A stretch of DNA of 57,028 bases, counting the filler, from Dugesia japonica (Eukaryota), in NCBI GenBank assembly GCA_001938525.1. It is 5 parts of 5 records of this genome, joined end to end, with 100 filler letters (N's around TTAATTAATTAA, not from the genome) between each part and the next. Parts side by side here need not be neighbours in the genome. Positions count along the whole stretch, not along the records: positions 19,038 to 27,948 come from MQRL01643258.1; positions 28,049 to 37,729 come from MQRL01484527.1; 3 more parts are not named here. One strand, 5' to 3'. Within the stretch, counting starts at the first letter, position 1, and every line of letters begins with the position of its first letter. Below the pieces are notes generated by a model that was not told the origin of the DNA, ran no database searches, and saw nothing but the letters and a program-made list of their open reading frames with translations. Position numbers and translations under genes: made by a program. Shown here piece after piece: positions 23,861 through 35,358 of the stretch.

Positions 23861-25550
23861 TAAAGGTTCATACAAAACTATGTAGTATTTCGACCCATAA
23901 TCATAACGAAATAACTAGTATAAAGGTAATGATTTTATTTGTAAATTTAAATTAAGTAATGTTTTATTATTTAGTAATTCACCTAATTCGTTCAATATAG
24001 TTCAAGAAGATGAAACAAAAAACCAGTATTTTATTTTAACTAAAAATTAGTTTGAAAATATTTTTGTTCTTACTTTATATATTTTGAGTATTTTATCAAA
24101 GTTACTGTCGATATTCTTCAATGAAGACTCCAAACTTATGTACTAGTTCTATTTCTTTACCTTTTTATGTATAATGTTTGACGATTTTAAGTGATGATAT
24201 TCTCAATCAGCGTAAATTGCCTATCGAATATTATCAATTTCTATAAATATTGAGTTACTTTGATATTTACGAAAAATGTTACCTAAACCAAGAGGACAGT
24301 TGTATATCTTTGTTAGAAAGCAGTTTTACCAAGACGATATTTTAATTATATCCAGTCACTTTTCACTTCTAAGTTTAATGATACCGGATTTAAGTCCATA
24401 GATGTTATATACGTCAAGTAAAATGAGCCCCAAAATTCAAAATTTGAAATTTTTCGTGACAAAACATCATTTATTTCATCGAGGATAAACTCGGGTGATT
24501 TAAGATTAATATATTTTTACTTAGTGAAAAAGTCTCTATCGAATAAACACTTTGTTGAACAATTTCGAGAAGAAAAAGATTTTTTAAAAAATTCTGTAAA
24601 ATATTGGAAATACAAATAATGATCCGCGTAAAATTCTTAGCAATTTGGTATAAAAATCTTTGAAATCTGAGACTAAAACATATTTTTTTAAAAATTCGGG
24701 ATGTTCACCCAGATTCCATAAAAAAAGGGATTTAAAAAATTTAAAAATTTGATTTAAAAAAATTTAAACAAATTTGGGATTGCAGCTCAGTTACGCAATA
24801 TTACCTAATATGCTGAAATTTTAAAAGTCCCAACTAAAAATAAATTCATTACATCACTAATCCTAGGGAGGTTAGCTGATGCACCACTATCTACCCATTA
24901 ATGATCAGAAGAAATAAGTATCATATTGATTTTCTATGTTTATTATTCCTGTTGAGTTGAATGCAAGTTCTTTATAATGAAGATATCCTTTCTGTTAGTT
25001 TTATTGCTAGTTTTGAACTTTTATCAATACCAATCCAGGTTTATGGCCGTCCATTCCATGGATACTATTCAGTAATTGGTTACATATTCTGTTTATTTGT
25101 TTATTTAGATACATAACAGTGAAATGTAACAAAATGGCAACGATCATAGAATGCGACAGAATATATATATATATATATATATGTGATTGATTATGAATGT
25201 GAAAATGGAAACAAAATTTCTTTTTACTAAGATCAGTGGTAAAATAAATAAATATTAAAATACATATAAATAGTTAAAAATAAAACTTAAAACATATCCC
25301 AGTTTGTCAATCATGGCACTCGCCAAAAGCAAGTAAAGCCAATATTATATATTTACATAACCTTTACCATCACGAGAAGATTACCGCCCATATCACTGTA
25401 AAAAACATAACATGTAAACGAAAGAATGACCTTGCTCAACGGTTTAGTGGAATACTCTTGCACTTTAGAATATAATAAAAATTTCAAATTAAAAGTGAAC
25501 ATTTATTTAAAATCATCGGTAACATTTAAACATTAGCATTATAAGAACTT

Positions 25551-27896
25551 TTAAATCAATATTTTTTGTTTGATGAACATTTCGTCTACGATTTCTTTGC
25601 CTAATCTTACACTAGCTAACTTTTTGATGGTTTCAATCATGGTTTTAAATCCATTTTTGTCAGTCGATTGTTTGTTAAATTCATTAAAGAATTCAATGTT
25701 GGAATCCTTATTTTCTAAAAATCTTTCAAAAACCTCTGCCAAAAACTCCCATAGCTTTGGAACATCAGACAATATATCATTAGAAAATTCAAAGATTTCT
25801 TGACAGCCACCTAAAAAAATTTGTTTTGAAAGAATTCTTTCTTGTTTCAGCTTCAGAAAAAAGTCTCCTAATAAGATTCGATTAAAGGTTTTCATTTCTA
25901 ACGTTTTATCAATCAAATCATTTATTATCTTACGAGGATTTGAAATATCTTTCCAACGTTTTGTTGATAATTCACTTTTCATTATTTCACTGAAAATTTC
26001 TTCGGCAATGTTTTCATCAGTTTCACTATTGATTATCACTTTCTCTTTATTAATCTGTTTGTCTTTATCATTATTATAATTTATCTTTATTTCATTTCTG
26101 TTATTACTTTCAAATTTTCCATGATTGTAAGAGGATTTCTCATGTTTGACTATGTCAAAATTATCATTGCTAAAACTGATTTTGTTAAATCTTTCAGCCT
26201 TTGATAAAATAATCTCATCTTCTGTTTCTTTTTTCAATTCATCTAACGTTTTTGGTACAATAGCACTAACGATTTGAACATTACGCAATTTCCAATTGCG
26301 TTTTTTCATATCCAAAATATCTTTCAATGCAAAACGGGTCTTACTGTCTAATTCACTGGAGTTTGATAAAACAAATACTTTATCTAAGCAAAGTGAAATA
26401 TCTTTGCAATATTTCTGTTCTATTTCTTTACCTACTATCTGAATCATATTACACAATGCCTCAAGAGCTTTGGTATCGTTTTGTTGATTAATCAAGCTTT
26501 TTAAACAGTAAATGATAACCTTTCCTGTTATCACTTTTTGTAGATATAACTCCGAAATGAAATGAATATTACCAAAATATCTATCTTTAACCTTTAAAAC
26601 TTGTTCCTCTAAGCCTTCTGCATAAAGAGCTTGTATTCTTTGGTCAGTTTCCAAATTCATTTTTTCCAAACATTTTGACCGAATACTTTCCATTTGAATA
26701 TATAATGATTCCTCAAACATTTCTTTGTTTTTCTTTAATAAGAGACTTTTAAATATTTTATTTTCTTCGCCGATTTCAATAAATTTCGAGGAAAATAATG
26801 AATAGGTTTTCGAGTAAGATTTTCCTAGTACAGCATTAGCAAATACTTGTTCTGTTAAAACTGTCATATCTTCTTCAGATTTGATTTCAAGACCTAAAAT
26901 TTCAGTCAAACATATTTCCAGATTTTCTGGAGCCATTTTATTTAAAATTCTTTTAATATTTTTTTCTAGGATTTTTGTTTGATCTACATCGTTTTCTCTT
27001 AATTTCGGAGGTACATATCCATTTTCATAATGAAGAAGTTTCTTTATTTTACTGCCTCGTTCCCAATTTAATGAAGTTTCTTCTTTCGATTGCAAAGCTT
27101 CTAAATAATCTAAATTATTCACTGCAATGGAAAATATTTCTTGAAACCACGAAGACATAAATGGAACGTCTTTTGGAATAGAATTAAATGAGCTGAACTT
27201 TAACAATTCGCGTCTTGAAATAATAATCTTTGATGGTTTAAAAATTGATGTCGATAAAATGTCTTCAGATAATCTTTCCGGAATGGTTGAATTTTGTTCT
27301 AAAGATTTATTTTCTGTTTGTCCTGATGTTATTTCATCGTCATTCTCAACCATATCTATTTGTTCTGTTGTTATTTCATCGTCATTCTCAACCATATCTN
27401 NNNNNNNNNNNNNNNNNNNNNNNNNNNNNNNNNNNNNNNNNNNNNNNNNNNNNNNNNNNNNNNNNNNNNNNNNNNNNNNNNNNNNNNNNNNNNNNNNNNN
27501 NNNNNNNNNNNNNNNNNNNNNNNNNNNNNNNNNTGTTGTTATTTCATCAACGTTCTCAACATTTTTTGAGAACAAACTTAAATTTCTTCTTTCAGTTACT
27601 AGATTTTCTAAAGTATTTTCATCTAAATTTGTTGTAATAGTTTCATTTTTATTTTCAATTTTCGCATAGTTAATTAAATCAATTTCGACTAATGCGACAG
27701 GATCTATAACCGCTAATGCCTTTCTTTCTCTTTTCTCAGGTCTTTTTACCGGTGTATTCTGAAATGGTGTTAATCCTGGTGGACAAGATGTATTTGGATC
27801 ATTAGGATTAATATAGCAAACCACATAACCAAATTGAGGGTAAAAATTACTTTGATTAAAGATTTGATTATTTTCCATAAAATTTATATCATTCAT
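25551..27896 (-). CDS. eIF4G: Translation initiation factor eIF4G-like protein (PABP-binding motif, MIF4G, MA3; no W2), intronless
   Basis: KRERKALAVIDP matches the metazoan PABP-binding motif. ISRRELLKF sits at the eIF4E-binding position. MIF4G: IKRILNKMAPEN...RYFGNIHFISELY...KTRFALKDILDMKKRNW. MA3-like: DILSDVPKLWEFLAE. An internal N gap lies in a 42-bp repeat. Confidence 0.9.
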   Translation of the reverse strand: MNDINFMENNQIFNQSNFYPQFGYVVCYINPNDPNTSCPPGLTPFQNTPVKRPEKRERKALAVIDPVALVEIDLINYAKIENKNETITTNLDENTLENLVTERRNLSLFSKNVENVDEITTXXXXXXXXXXXXXXXXXXXXXXXXXXXXXXXXXXXXXXXXXXXXXDMVENDDEITTEQIDMVENDDEITSGQTENKSLEQNSTIPERLSEDILSTSIFKPSKIIISRRELLKFSSFNSIPKDVPFMSSWFQEIFSIAVNNLDYLEALQSKEETSLNWERGSKIKKLLHYENGYVPPKLRENDVDQTKILEKNIKRILNKMAPENLEICLTEILGLEIKSEEDMTVLTEQVFANAVLGKSYSKTYSLFSSKFIEIGEENKIFKSLLLKKNKEMFEESLYIQMESIRSKCLEKMNLETDQRIQALYAEGLEEQVLKVKDRYFGNIHFISELYLQKVITGKVIIYCLKSLINQQNDTKALEALCNMIQIVGKEIEQKYCKDISLCLDKVFVLSNSSELDSKTRFALKDILDMKKRNWKLRNVQIVSAIVPKTLDELKKETEDEIILSKAERFNKISFSNDNFDIVKHEKSSYNHGKFESNNRNEIKINYNNDKDKQINKEKVIINSETDENIAEEIFSEIMKSELSTKRWKDISNPRKIINDLIDKTLEMKTFNRILLGDFFLKLKQERILSKQIFLGGCQEIFEFSNDILSDVPKLWEFLAEVFERFLENKDSNIEFFNEFNKQSTDKNGFKTMIETIKKLASVRLGKEIVDEMFIKQKILI
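27327..27562 (-). repeat. 42-bp coding tandem repeat (DMVENDDEITTEQI) within eIF4G
   Basis: Units at 27327 and 27369, and a diverged unit after the gap. The gap is probably a collapsed array. Confidence 0.85.
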
Positions 27897-27948
27897 TTAT
27901 TATATATTATATTTTACATATATTTCAAACAAATTATTTAATAAAAAA

Positions 27949-28048
27949 NNNNNNNNNNNNNNNNNNNNNNNNNNNNNNNNNNNNNNNNNNNNTTAATTAA
28001 TTAANNNNNNNNNNNNNNNNNNNNNNNNNNNNNNNNNNNNNNNNNNNN
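27949..28048. other. Artificial contig spacer
   Basis: 44N-TTAATTAATTAA-44N. Confidence 0.97.
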
Positions 28049-29532
28049 GGGGGGGGGTTCACTGAATGTGTGCTGGCTATTACTCCTACTATCTATCTAC
28101 TCTACTTCTTTCAGATTTGATTTTCTACTGTTTCTACTAATAGATTTAGTTTTCTTGTCATGAAAAATTCTTGAAAAATAAATAAATTTAAAATATTTAA
28201 GTATAACAAAGTATCTTAACAAGAAATATAATTTTCTCAAAACAAAATATGCTGATGATTATTTGTCAGAACTAATTTTAATATAAAAGAGGAGAATTAG
28301 CATAATTTATTTTTAAGAAATATTGTAGAAGAATTTTATTAAAACAAATCAGACTAAAATATGCATTTTTAATGAGAAAAATAATTTTGTTATTTATCAT
28401 GAAACTTGATTTCTATATCATGCTGAGCTAATCGTTTGAGTTTCCTGGCTGTGTTTTACTCACCATAGCTATTCCTTCGTTTCTTTTTTTAGTCTTGTTA
28501 TTCATTCCATTCAATACACGAGTTAATACTCTTTACTTTATTCACTACAAATGTAGATAGATTACTTGGAAAACGAACTATTATATTCAATAAATTATTA
28601 ATTAAGCTGCGAGTCACGTAATTTTTTTACTAAAACAAACATTTAATTTACTTAAAATTGATGCTGGATTACAATATTTTTCTCAAGAGTGAGTTTAATT
28701 TAAAAGATTTTTTCCGTTACACTTTCATAATTTTTTATAATTTGATCCAAAACTTTATTATTACATAAAAATAAGAATGGTTTATTTTAAAACGATTAAA
28801 TTTTTTGTGTCACGTGGACAATTTTACTCTGCAATATCTTCAAAAAGTTTAATTACATTAATTTTTTATATACATTAAAATTTAATTATAATTAAAAGTC
28901 ATTTAAACTTTTAATTCATATCTAATAATTTGTATTAACTTTTATAACTCAAGCATTACAGACAAATTCACATATTTTATTTTATGTAAATATTTTATTA
29001 AAGAATAATTTTAAACAAGCATTTAGATTTACAAAAACTTTCAATAATTAAAAAAATTTGAAATTTTAAAATAAAATAAATTCTTAATCTTAGAAATTAA
29101 AAAAATATAAAATTAAAAAGTTTTAAACTTTTAAATTTTATAAATTCATGAAAATTTCACAACTAGAAAAATTAATCCTTTTTCTTATTGAGAGAGAAAT
29201 TCTGAAATTTATAAAAATTAAATTTCAAAAAAAAATTAGAAAAATAATCATAACTAACAAGCAATTAATGATGACCATGAATAGCATAGAATTCAGATTA
29301 ATTTGTAGTAATTGCACAAATAATGAAACTTTAGCAACTAATTAGGTTAAGAGAATATAATAATAATTATAAATTATAAACCTGAGAACAACTGAAAGTA
29401 ACCTAGGAACTTTAAATCAAAAATTAGAAAAAAATTAAGATTAACACGTAAAATCTTTTCAAGTAACAAAATAATATTTGAAAGAAAATTTGAAAAAATT
29501 TCTGAGAAAAATTAAAAGGCTATAATAATGTA

Positions 29533-30188
29533 TTAGGGTGGTGAATAATTATTGTGACTTTTTTCTGTAAAAATTGGCTTTTTTTAATGTCATTGATTTT
29601 ATTATTTTTGAAAACAATCCTCTTCTAATTTTAGATAGTAAAGATGCGCGTATATAAAAGTATATCTATATTTGCCATATCATGTTGTACCACTTCGAAA
29701 AATGTTGGAATGGAGCACAGTCATTTCGCTATCTCAATGAACCTTTTGGTAAAGAAACAACAACCACGATAAGGCATGTTTACATGTTGAGCGTCGTGTC
29801 ATCGAATCTATTGCCAATAAGAGCTGGGAACTGCTTCTTCATCAGTCACATTATCCTGCAAAAGATCACATATACTGTTACGTCAATCAATTTCTGAAAA
29901 ATTGCCTTGCGAAAAACTTTTATGATAATTTGGATGACTTGATGGTAACCACCAAAGAATGGATTGCCACTAAGAACAGCAACTTTTTTCGCCCGTGGAA
30001 TTGACTGGCTGCCAATGAAATGGAAAGCAGTAATCAAAGTTGCTGGTGAATACGCACCAGAAAAATCAATCGAAAATGTTTTTGTTAACTGCTGATATAG
30101 GTTTTGTTGAATTTTGTTAAAATTTGACTGTTGAATAAAATTTATTTGGTTAAGAAAAACCATGAAATACTATTTATTAAAGCCATGA
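29533..30188 (+). mobile_element. Internally deleted mariner element
   Basis: N-terminal MLYHFEKCWNGAQSFRYLNEPFG and C-terminal FARGIDWLPMKWKAVIKVAGEY. Left TIR TA|TTAGGGTGGTGAATAATT; right TIR degenerate. Confidence 0.8.
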
Positions 30189-30990
30189 TACCTCATTTGT
30201 TGTTATTTATTTGGGTAAGTGGCTTGCAAATAACGTTTTTGATAGAAAAATTGCTTATCTTATTTATAAAATTTCTTAACTTAATTGAAAGATCCTAGCT
30301 ATAAATTTTGCGACCTTTCCAGAATTCAGTCTTTCTAAACATATCAAAGTTTAAATGAAAATATATCCAAGCCTTGATTAAACTGATTTCGGAAATTACG
30401 GGCACTACATATATAAACCCACTACAGCAGTGTTTCTCAACCGGGGAGATCAAAAGTAAATGCAGAGTTAGTAAGCGATGGTAATCGATGAAAGATTAGT
30501 CTTTATAACTTGTATGCCTCATAAAATAAGAACATCTGAGCATTAATATAACAGAAATTCGGTCAAAAATTACAAACATATGTTTTTTGTTTCACAGTAA
30601 CCTAACTCGACCTTATAAATAGTTGAATACTGCCTAGCAACAGTGGTCGCAAAACTCAATGCCATCCTTCTCTGACATTGTTACTTTTTGGATGTCCTAG
30701 AAGTCCTTGTTAGCTTGCATTTATCAGTGCACCGATTTCTCTTGTCTAAACTTTTCGTCTAAATTGAGTCACGAATTACTAATTTATCTGCTAATTAACC
30801 CATAGAATACAAAAGATACGTAGATGATATTTTCCTTATTTTTAAAGACCAAGATGATATACCACCTTTTCTTGAATATAAGAACAGTTCTCATTAAAAT
30901 ATAAAATTCACTATAGAAGTTGAAAAAGAAGGTAAACTACTATTCTAAGATGTTCTGGTTTGTAGACAGGGTTGCAACTATAATAATTCA

Positions 30991-31645
30991 TAATTACAAT
31001 TATTGTGAGATTAATTGTTGGACTTAACTAATGATCGCATTTGAGATTTCATTAAAATAAAGAAAAAGCTTCNNNNNNNNNNNNNNNNNNNNNNNNNNNN
31101 NNNNNNNNNNNNNNNNNNNNNNNNNNNNNNNNNNNNNNNNNNNNNNNNNNNNNNNNNNNNNNNNNNNNNNNNNNNNNNNNNNNNNNNNNNNNNNNNNNNN
31201 NNNNNNNNNNNNNNNNNNNNNNNNNNNNNNNNNNNNNNNNNNNNNNNNGATTCTTAATAATTAAAATAACTATAACAATTATAACAAAAAAAATTAGAAA
31301 AAAAATTAGAGTTTTAATTTGGTAAAAATTTTAATATTAATAAAATACATATTTCAATATTTTAATACTTAAATACATTAATTAATTTTTTTAAAAAAAC
31401 ATTTAAGAGATTTTCAATTAAATCTAATTAAAAAGAATTTTTGAGATTAAATTTTAAAAAATTATAATTTAAATAGACCAATAAATCTTCGATAAAAGAT
31501 TAATAATTTTGTAGCAAAGATCGATTGTTATTTTGAATACATCAGAAAGTCATCATTCCTGAAGAAAACAAGTGTGTCGAAAATTTGAATTTCTTTACAA
31601 ATTCATTTTATTTTTATCGAAGCTTTTTCTTTATTTCAATGAAAT
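30991..31645. mobile_element. Family-A PLE truncated insertion with inverted ends, nested in the family-C PLE
   Basis: 13-bp TSD CTATAATAATTCA (30978-30990, 31646-31658). Minus pseudo-LTR tail at 30991-31072 and plus pseudo-LTR with hammerhead at 31555-31645. Host RT frame rejoins across it. Confidence 0.8.
31555..31590 (+). ncRNA. Hammerhead motif, family A (helix II weakened)
   Basis: ATTC-CTGAAGA-AAACAAGTGTGTC-GAAA-AT-TT-GAAT. Confidence 0.55.
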
Positions 31646-32383
31646 CTATAATAATTCATTTTTTAATAAACTAACTGGCACAGGACTATATACTACTCTT
31701 AAAAGATTTTTTGATGATCGATATAAAAATGAATCAATAAATGTTTGGTTCATCGAGTGTGGTGTATATCATGATGCTTTGAGATTGCTGATGATGGTCT
31801 TAAAAGATTAAACAGTAGTTTTTGAGCTAGTGAATATAACTGAAAAACTATTGATAATAATATACGGAGTACTCTAAACAAACTGGTTTTAGAATCAAAT
31901 AATAACCAATGCTCACTCGTCAAATATTTTGATTAAAATAAATTTAGATTAATTTTCATTTAAAAAAAATTCAAATTATTTAAGCAAAAAATCCAACACA
32001 CCAAAAGCTTTGCTCGCTAACCTAGTTTATCAATTTAATTTTAACGAGTGTGATGCAACGTACCTTGGAGAGACAAAAAGTCACCTTTGCACACGTACTA
32101 GCGAGCATATACAATTTAGTAGTAAAAGTTCGGTATTTGATCATGCATATTGCTGCAAAAATAGAAAAGGCAAAATAAAAAAAAATTTGATGAGCAGTAG
32201 TTTTGGTAACTATTTTTAAAAAATTGCATGCGAGGCTTTAAGAATTTGGTTGTATAATCCGATTCTTAATAGTCAGATTGACGCACATTAACTTTTAAAT
32301 TTATTAGTATCTTATTTAATTGGATAGATTACGTCACAGGTTTTATTAGACAGTATATAAACAATTTCCTACTTATTTAAACA

Positions 32384-32425
32384 GTAACTGATGATGGGCA
32401 TAGATTTATTCAAAACATGTCTTAC
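32384..32425 (+). ncRNA. Hammerhead relic, family C (GAAA>AAAA)
   Basis: GTAA-CTGATGA-TGGGCATAGATTTATTC-AAAA-CATG-TC-TTAC. Helix I GTAA/TTAC, palindromic CATG loop, at the PLE 3' end. Confidence 0.6.
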
Positions 32426-32497
32426 AAATAAGAATTTTTAAAAAATTGAGTGGTTTTATTATATTTAGATCAAAGCAATTTGTAGAATGCTTTTAAA

Positions 32498-32498
32498 T

Positions 32499-32546
<48 letters not shown>
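32498..32546. repeat. (CA)n(TA)n compound microsatellite between two convergent PLE 3' ends
   Basis: Directly visible. Confidence 0.95.
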
Positions 32547-32549
<3 letters not shown>

Positions 32550-32597
32550 TTTAAAATAAAAGCTTCGATCAAAATTTGGTTTTTTGGTTTTGATAAT

Positions 32598-32633
32598 AAT
32601 TCTATATTTCGAATTTGTCTTCGTCAGGAATTG
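32598..32633 (-). ncRNA. Hammerhead motif, family A, at the 3' end of the coding PLE
   Basis: CAATTC-CTGACGA-AGACAAATTC-GAAA-TA-TA-GAATT. Confidence 0.7.
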
Positions 32634-34002
32634 ACTACTTGATTCATTCAATATTTATCTGAACACTAGTAATTTTTTTTAATTTATTTTATTTATTTTT
32701 TATAAATTACATTGTTTTTAGCATTGTCTTCTTTAATTAGTAATTCTTGATGTTTTTTCTATGTAGTGTAGAAATGCAGCCTGTTCCTAGTGTTTTCCAT
32801 GTTATGTGATGTTGTTGTTCTGGTAAAATGTTATGTTTGTGTTGAAAGTGTATGAAGACTTCACTTTTTTGTTTCAAATGTTCCTTAATTCTTGCTGGGA
32901 TTGTTTTGCATGTTTCATCTATTTATGTTTCTTGACAAATGGCGCATGTTATTTTATAAGTGACATTTTTCTTATTGAATATATTTCTACCATCACAAAT
33001 GCATTTGGGTCCACAAAATTTTGTCTTGGTTTCTGTAATTGGATGCCCAAAGAAGCTTACGTTTTGAATATAATTCTAGGATTGCGTTTAGGTCTAGAAT
33101 TGTTTATTATATGTTGCATGATTTGGCTACATTTCTCTTTAATATAAGTTACTTTAATAACTGTGTTTGCTTTTGGTTTTATTTTTTTTTGTTTTGTATT
33201 CAAAGATAAATATTTCGATAAAATTTTATTTGGGTAGCCGTTATTTAAGAATTGGTTTTTTATCAATTTGAGAGAGATCAATTTCATTTCTTCATTTAAA
33301 GATAGTCTCTCAGCTCGAATTCTTTCACCTTTAATTATACCAATTTTNNNNNNNNNNNNAGTATTACTACTCCAAGGTAATATATGTCCACTATGAAATG
33401 GTTTCATATATAATTGGGTAGTTAATATTTCACCAGGTTTCTTTTCGATCAAAGTATCCAGAAAAGGAATGTAAAAGTTAATTGACTTTTCTAGAGTGAT
33501 TTAATGTTATCATTTATACCATTGCCTAATTCTAAAATGTTCTTTAAAGACGAATTAGTCACAAAGAAAACCTCATCTATGTATCTAAAACATATATGAA
33601 TGTTCTTGTCTGATTTAAGAATTATTTGATTTTCAATAAAGTTCGTGAAAATTATCGCTAGAAATGGAGATNNNNNNNNNNNNNNNNNNNNNNNNNNNNN
33701 NNNNNNNNNNNNNNNNNNNNNNNNNNNNNNNNNNNNNNNNNNNNNNNNNNNNNNNNNNNNNNNNNNNNNNNNNNNNNNNNATTATCTCTGGAATATTTGT
33801 ATGTTCTTGGTATCTTTCAAAGAAGTCACTTACAATATCAATGAAATTTTCAGGTCCTTCAATTGGAATTGATTCATACAAATTTGTTACATCTAATGAA
33901 CCAAATTCGTCATTAGCCTTCCAGTCATAATTTTTAATTCATTCGATAAACTCATAACTGTTCTTTAAATATGCCGGAATGAAATGTAATAGTGATTTAA
34001 AT

Positions 34003-35358
34003 GGTTACATGTCAAATCGACACATATTTTTTATAATTTATAATTTTTTAATATTTTTTATTTTTAATAATTTTTACTGGTATAATTTGATTTAATTTTT
34101 GGTATAATTTTTAATAATGTATTTTTTGTATTTTTTGGTATAACGTTTACTGTATTTTTTGTATTTTTCATTTNTAATAATCGACACAAGAATAATTTAG
34201 TATAATTTTAAATAATGTATTGTTTAATTTAATTTGTGTCAGAGCTTGATCAGAAAGATAAATAGTGTTGGTCCCAAAAGTGATTTTGAAACTAACATCG
34301 ACGTTAGATTTAAGTCAAAGTCCTTGGGAGCTTGAGCCTCTGTTCCAATCGATGATGTTAGGAACATGTTTGATCAGCTGGCAACTACATTTCTTGATGA
34401 AAATTATTATATTGATATACTGACTTACTTTTTCTCAACATACATTGAAGGTGCAGCAGGCAGAGATCCTCAGTTTTCAATCAGGGTTTGGAATCATCAC
34501 GAGACATTAACGAAAAGTCACCGAAGACTAAAAGCTGTTACGAGGGCTTCCACAATGTACTCAATTCTTGATTCCACTGCAGTCATACCGGTATTTGGTA
34601 TTGGTTTGATGATCTCAAAAGGACATTTCTTGCCACAGGCTTACTCTAGCCAATGCACAAAAAGTTCGTCAAGAAGTAAAAAAACAGAAATATCATTTTT
34701 CTGCAAGAGACAGTTTCAAACGGTGAGCAGGAATATCAAAAGGAACAGGATAAATTGAAATATTTGAGATTATTAGACAATTCGCAGTAGTAACAAGTTA
34801 AGCTAAACTTTTAATTACTGTATAATGTAATTCAGAGAATAAACTCTTTTCTTTTAGTATTTTCTCTTCAAATTATTTTCATTTTTTCTGTCTTATATTT
34901 TATATTTTAATTTTTTTACTTATTTTAATATATAAGTTATCTGACCTTACATATAATGTGCCAAATTTATAAAATTCATGTGTTAAAATTATTTATAAAT
35001 AAAATTATTTAAAGAAATGTCAATCTGAATTAAAATATAAAAAATACATTATTAAAAGGTTTGCCCTTATGACTTCAACATGCTGCAATATGGAAGTTTA
35101 TTTAAATTTTAAAAAATTATGAAAGAGATAATGAATTACTAAATTATTAAAAATGAAAGATACAAAAATTACTGTAAACATTCTACCAAAAAAATACATT
35201 ATTAAAAATTATACTAAATGACTTATTATAATTACCAGAAAAGGTTATTAAAAATAATAAAAAATATTAAAAAATTATAAATTATAAAAAATGTGTCGAT
35301 TTGTCTGCGTCTATTTGTTTTTGTGTCGATTTGTCATGTTTCGAGTGGTCTGGTCATC
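34003..35358 (+). mobile_element. Mutator-like (MULE) element, internally deleted
   Basis: Long (~200 bp) imperfect TIRs and 9-bp TSD GATTTAAAT/GATTTTAAT. Transposase C-terminal motifs YFFSTYI..PQFSIRVWN..EGFHN at 34300-34790. The PLE RT frame rejoins on removal. Confidence 0.85.

Larger units (their letters stand above)
30540..32470 (+). mobile_element. Penelope-like element (family C): RT and GIY-YIG, decayed and interrupted
   Basis: YKRYVDDIFLIF, NIKFTIEVEKEGKL..DVLV, KLTGTGLYT, NLVYQFNFNECDATYLGETKSHLCTRTSEH. 3' hammerhead relic at 32384. Confidence 0.88.

Noticed and set aside
24860-25080. Minus-strand VDSGASAN, possible retroviral protease remnant
   Set aside because: Single short motif in broken frames; insufficient support.
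29846-30163. 105-aa minus ORF and similar ORFs (25570, 27245, 27259, 32833, 49999, 13267)
   Set aside because: Antisense shadows of mariner, eIF4G, PLE, Polinton or gypsy coding strands.
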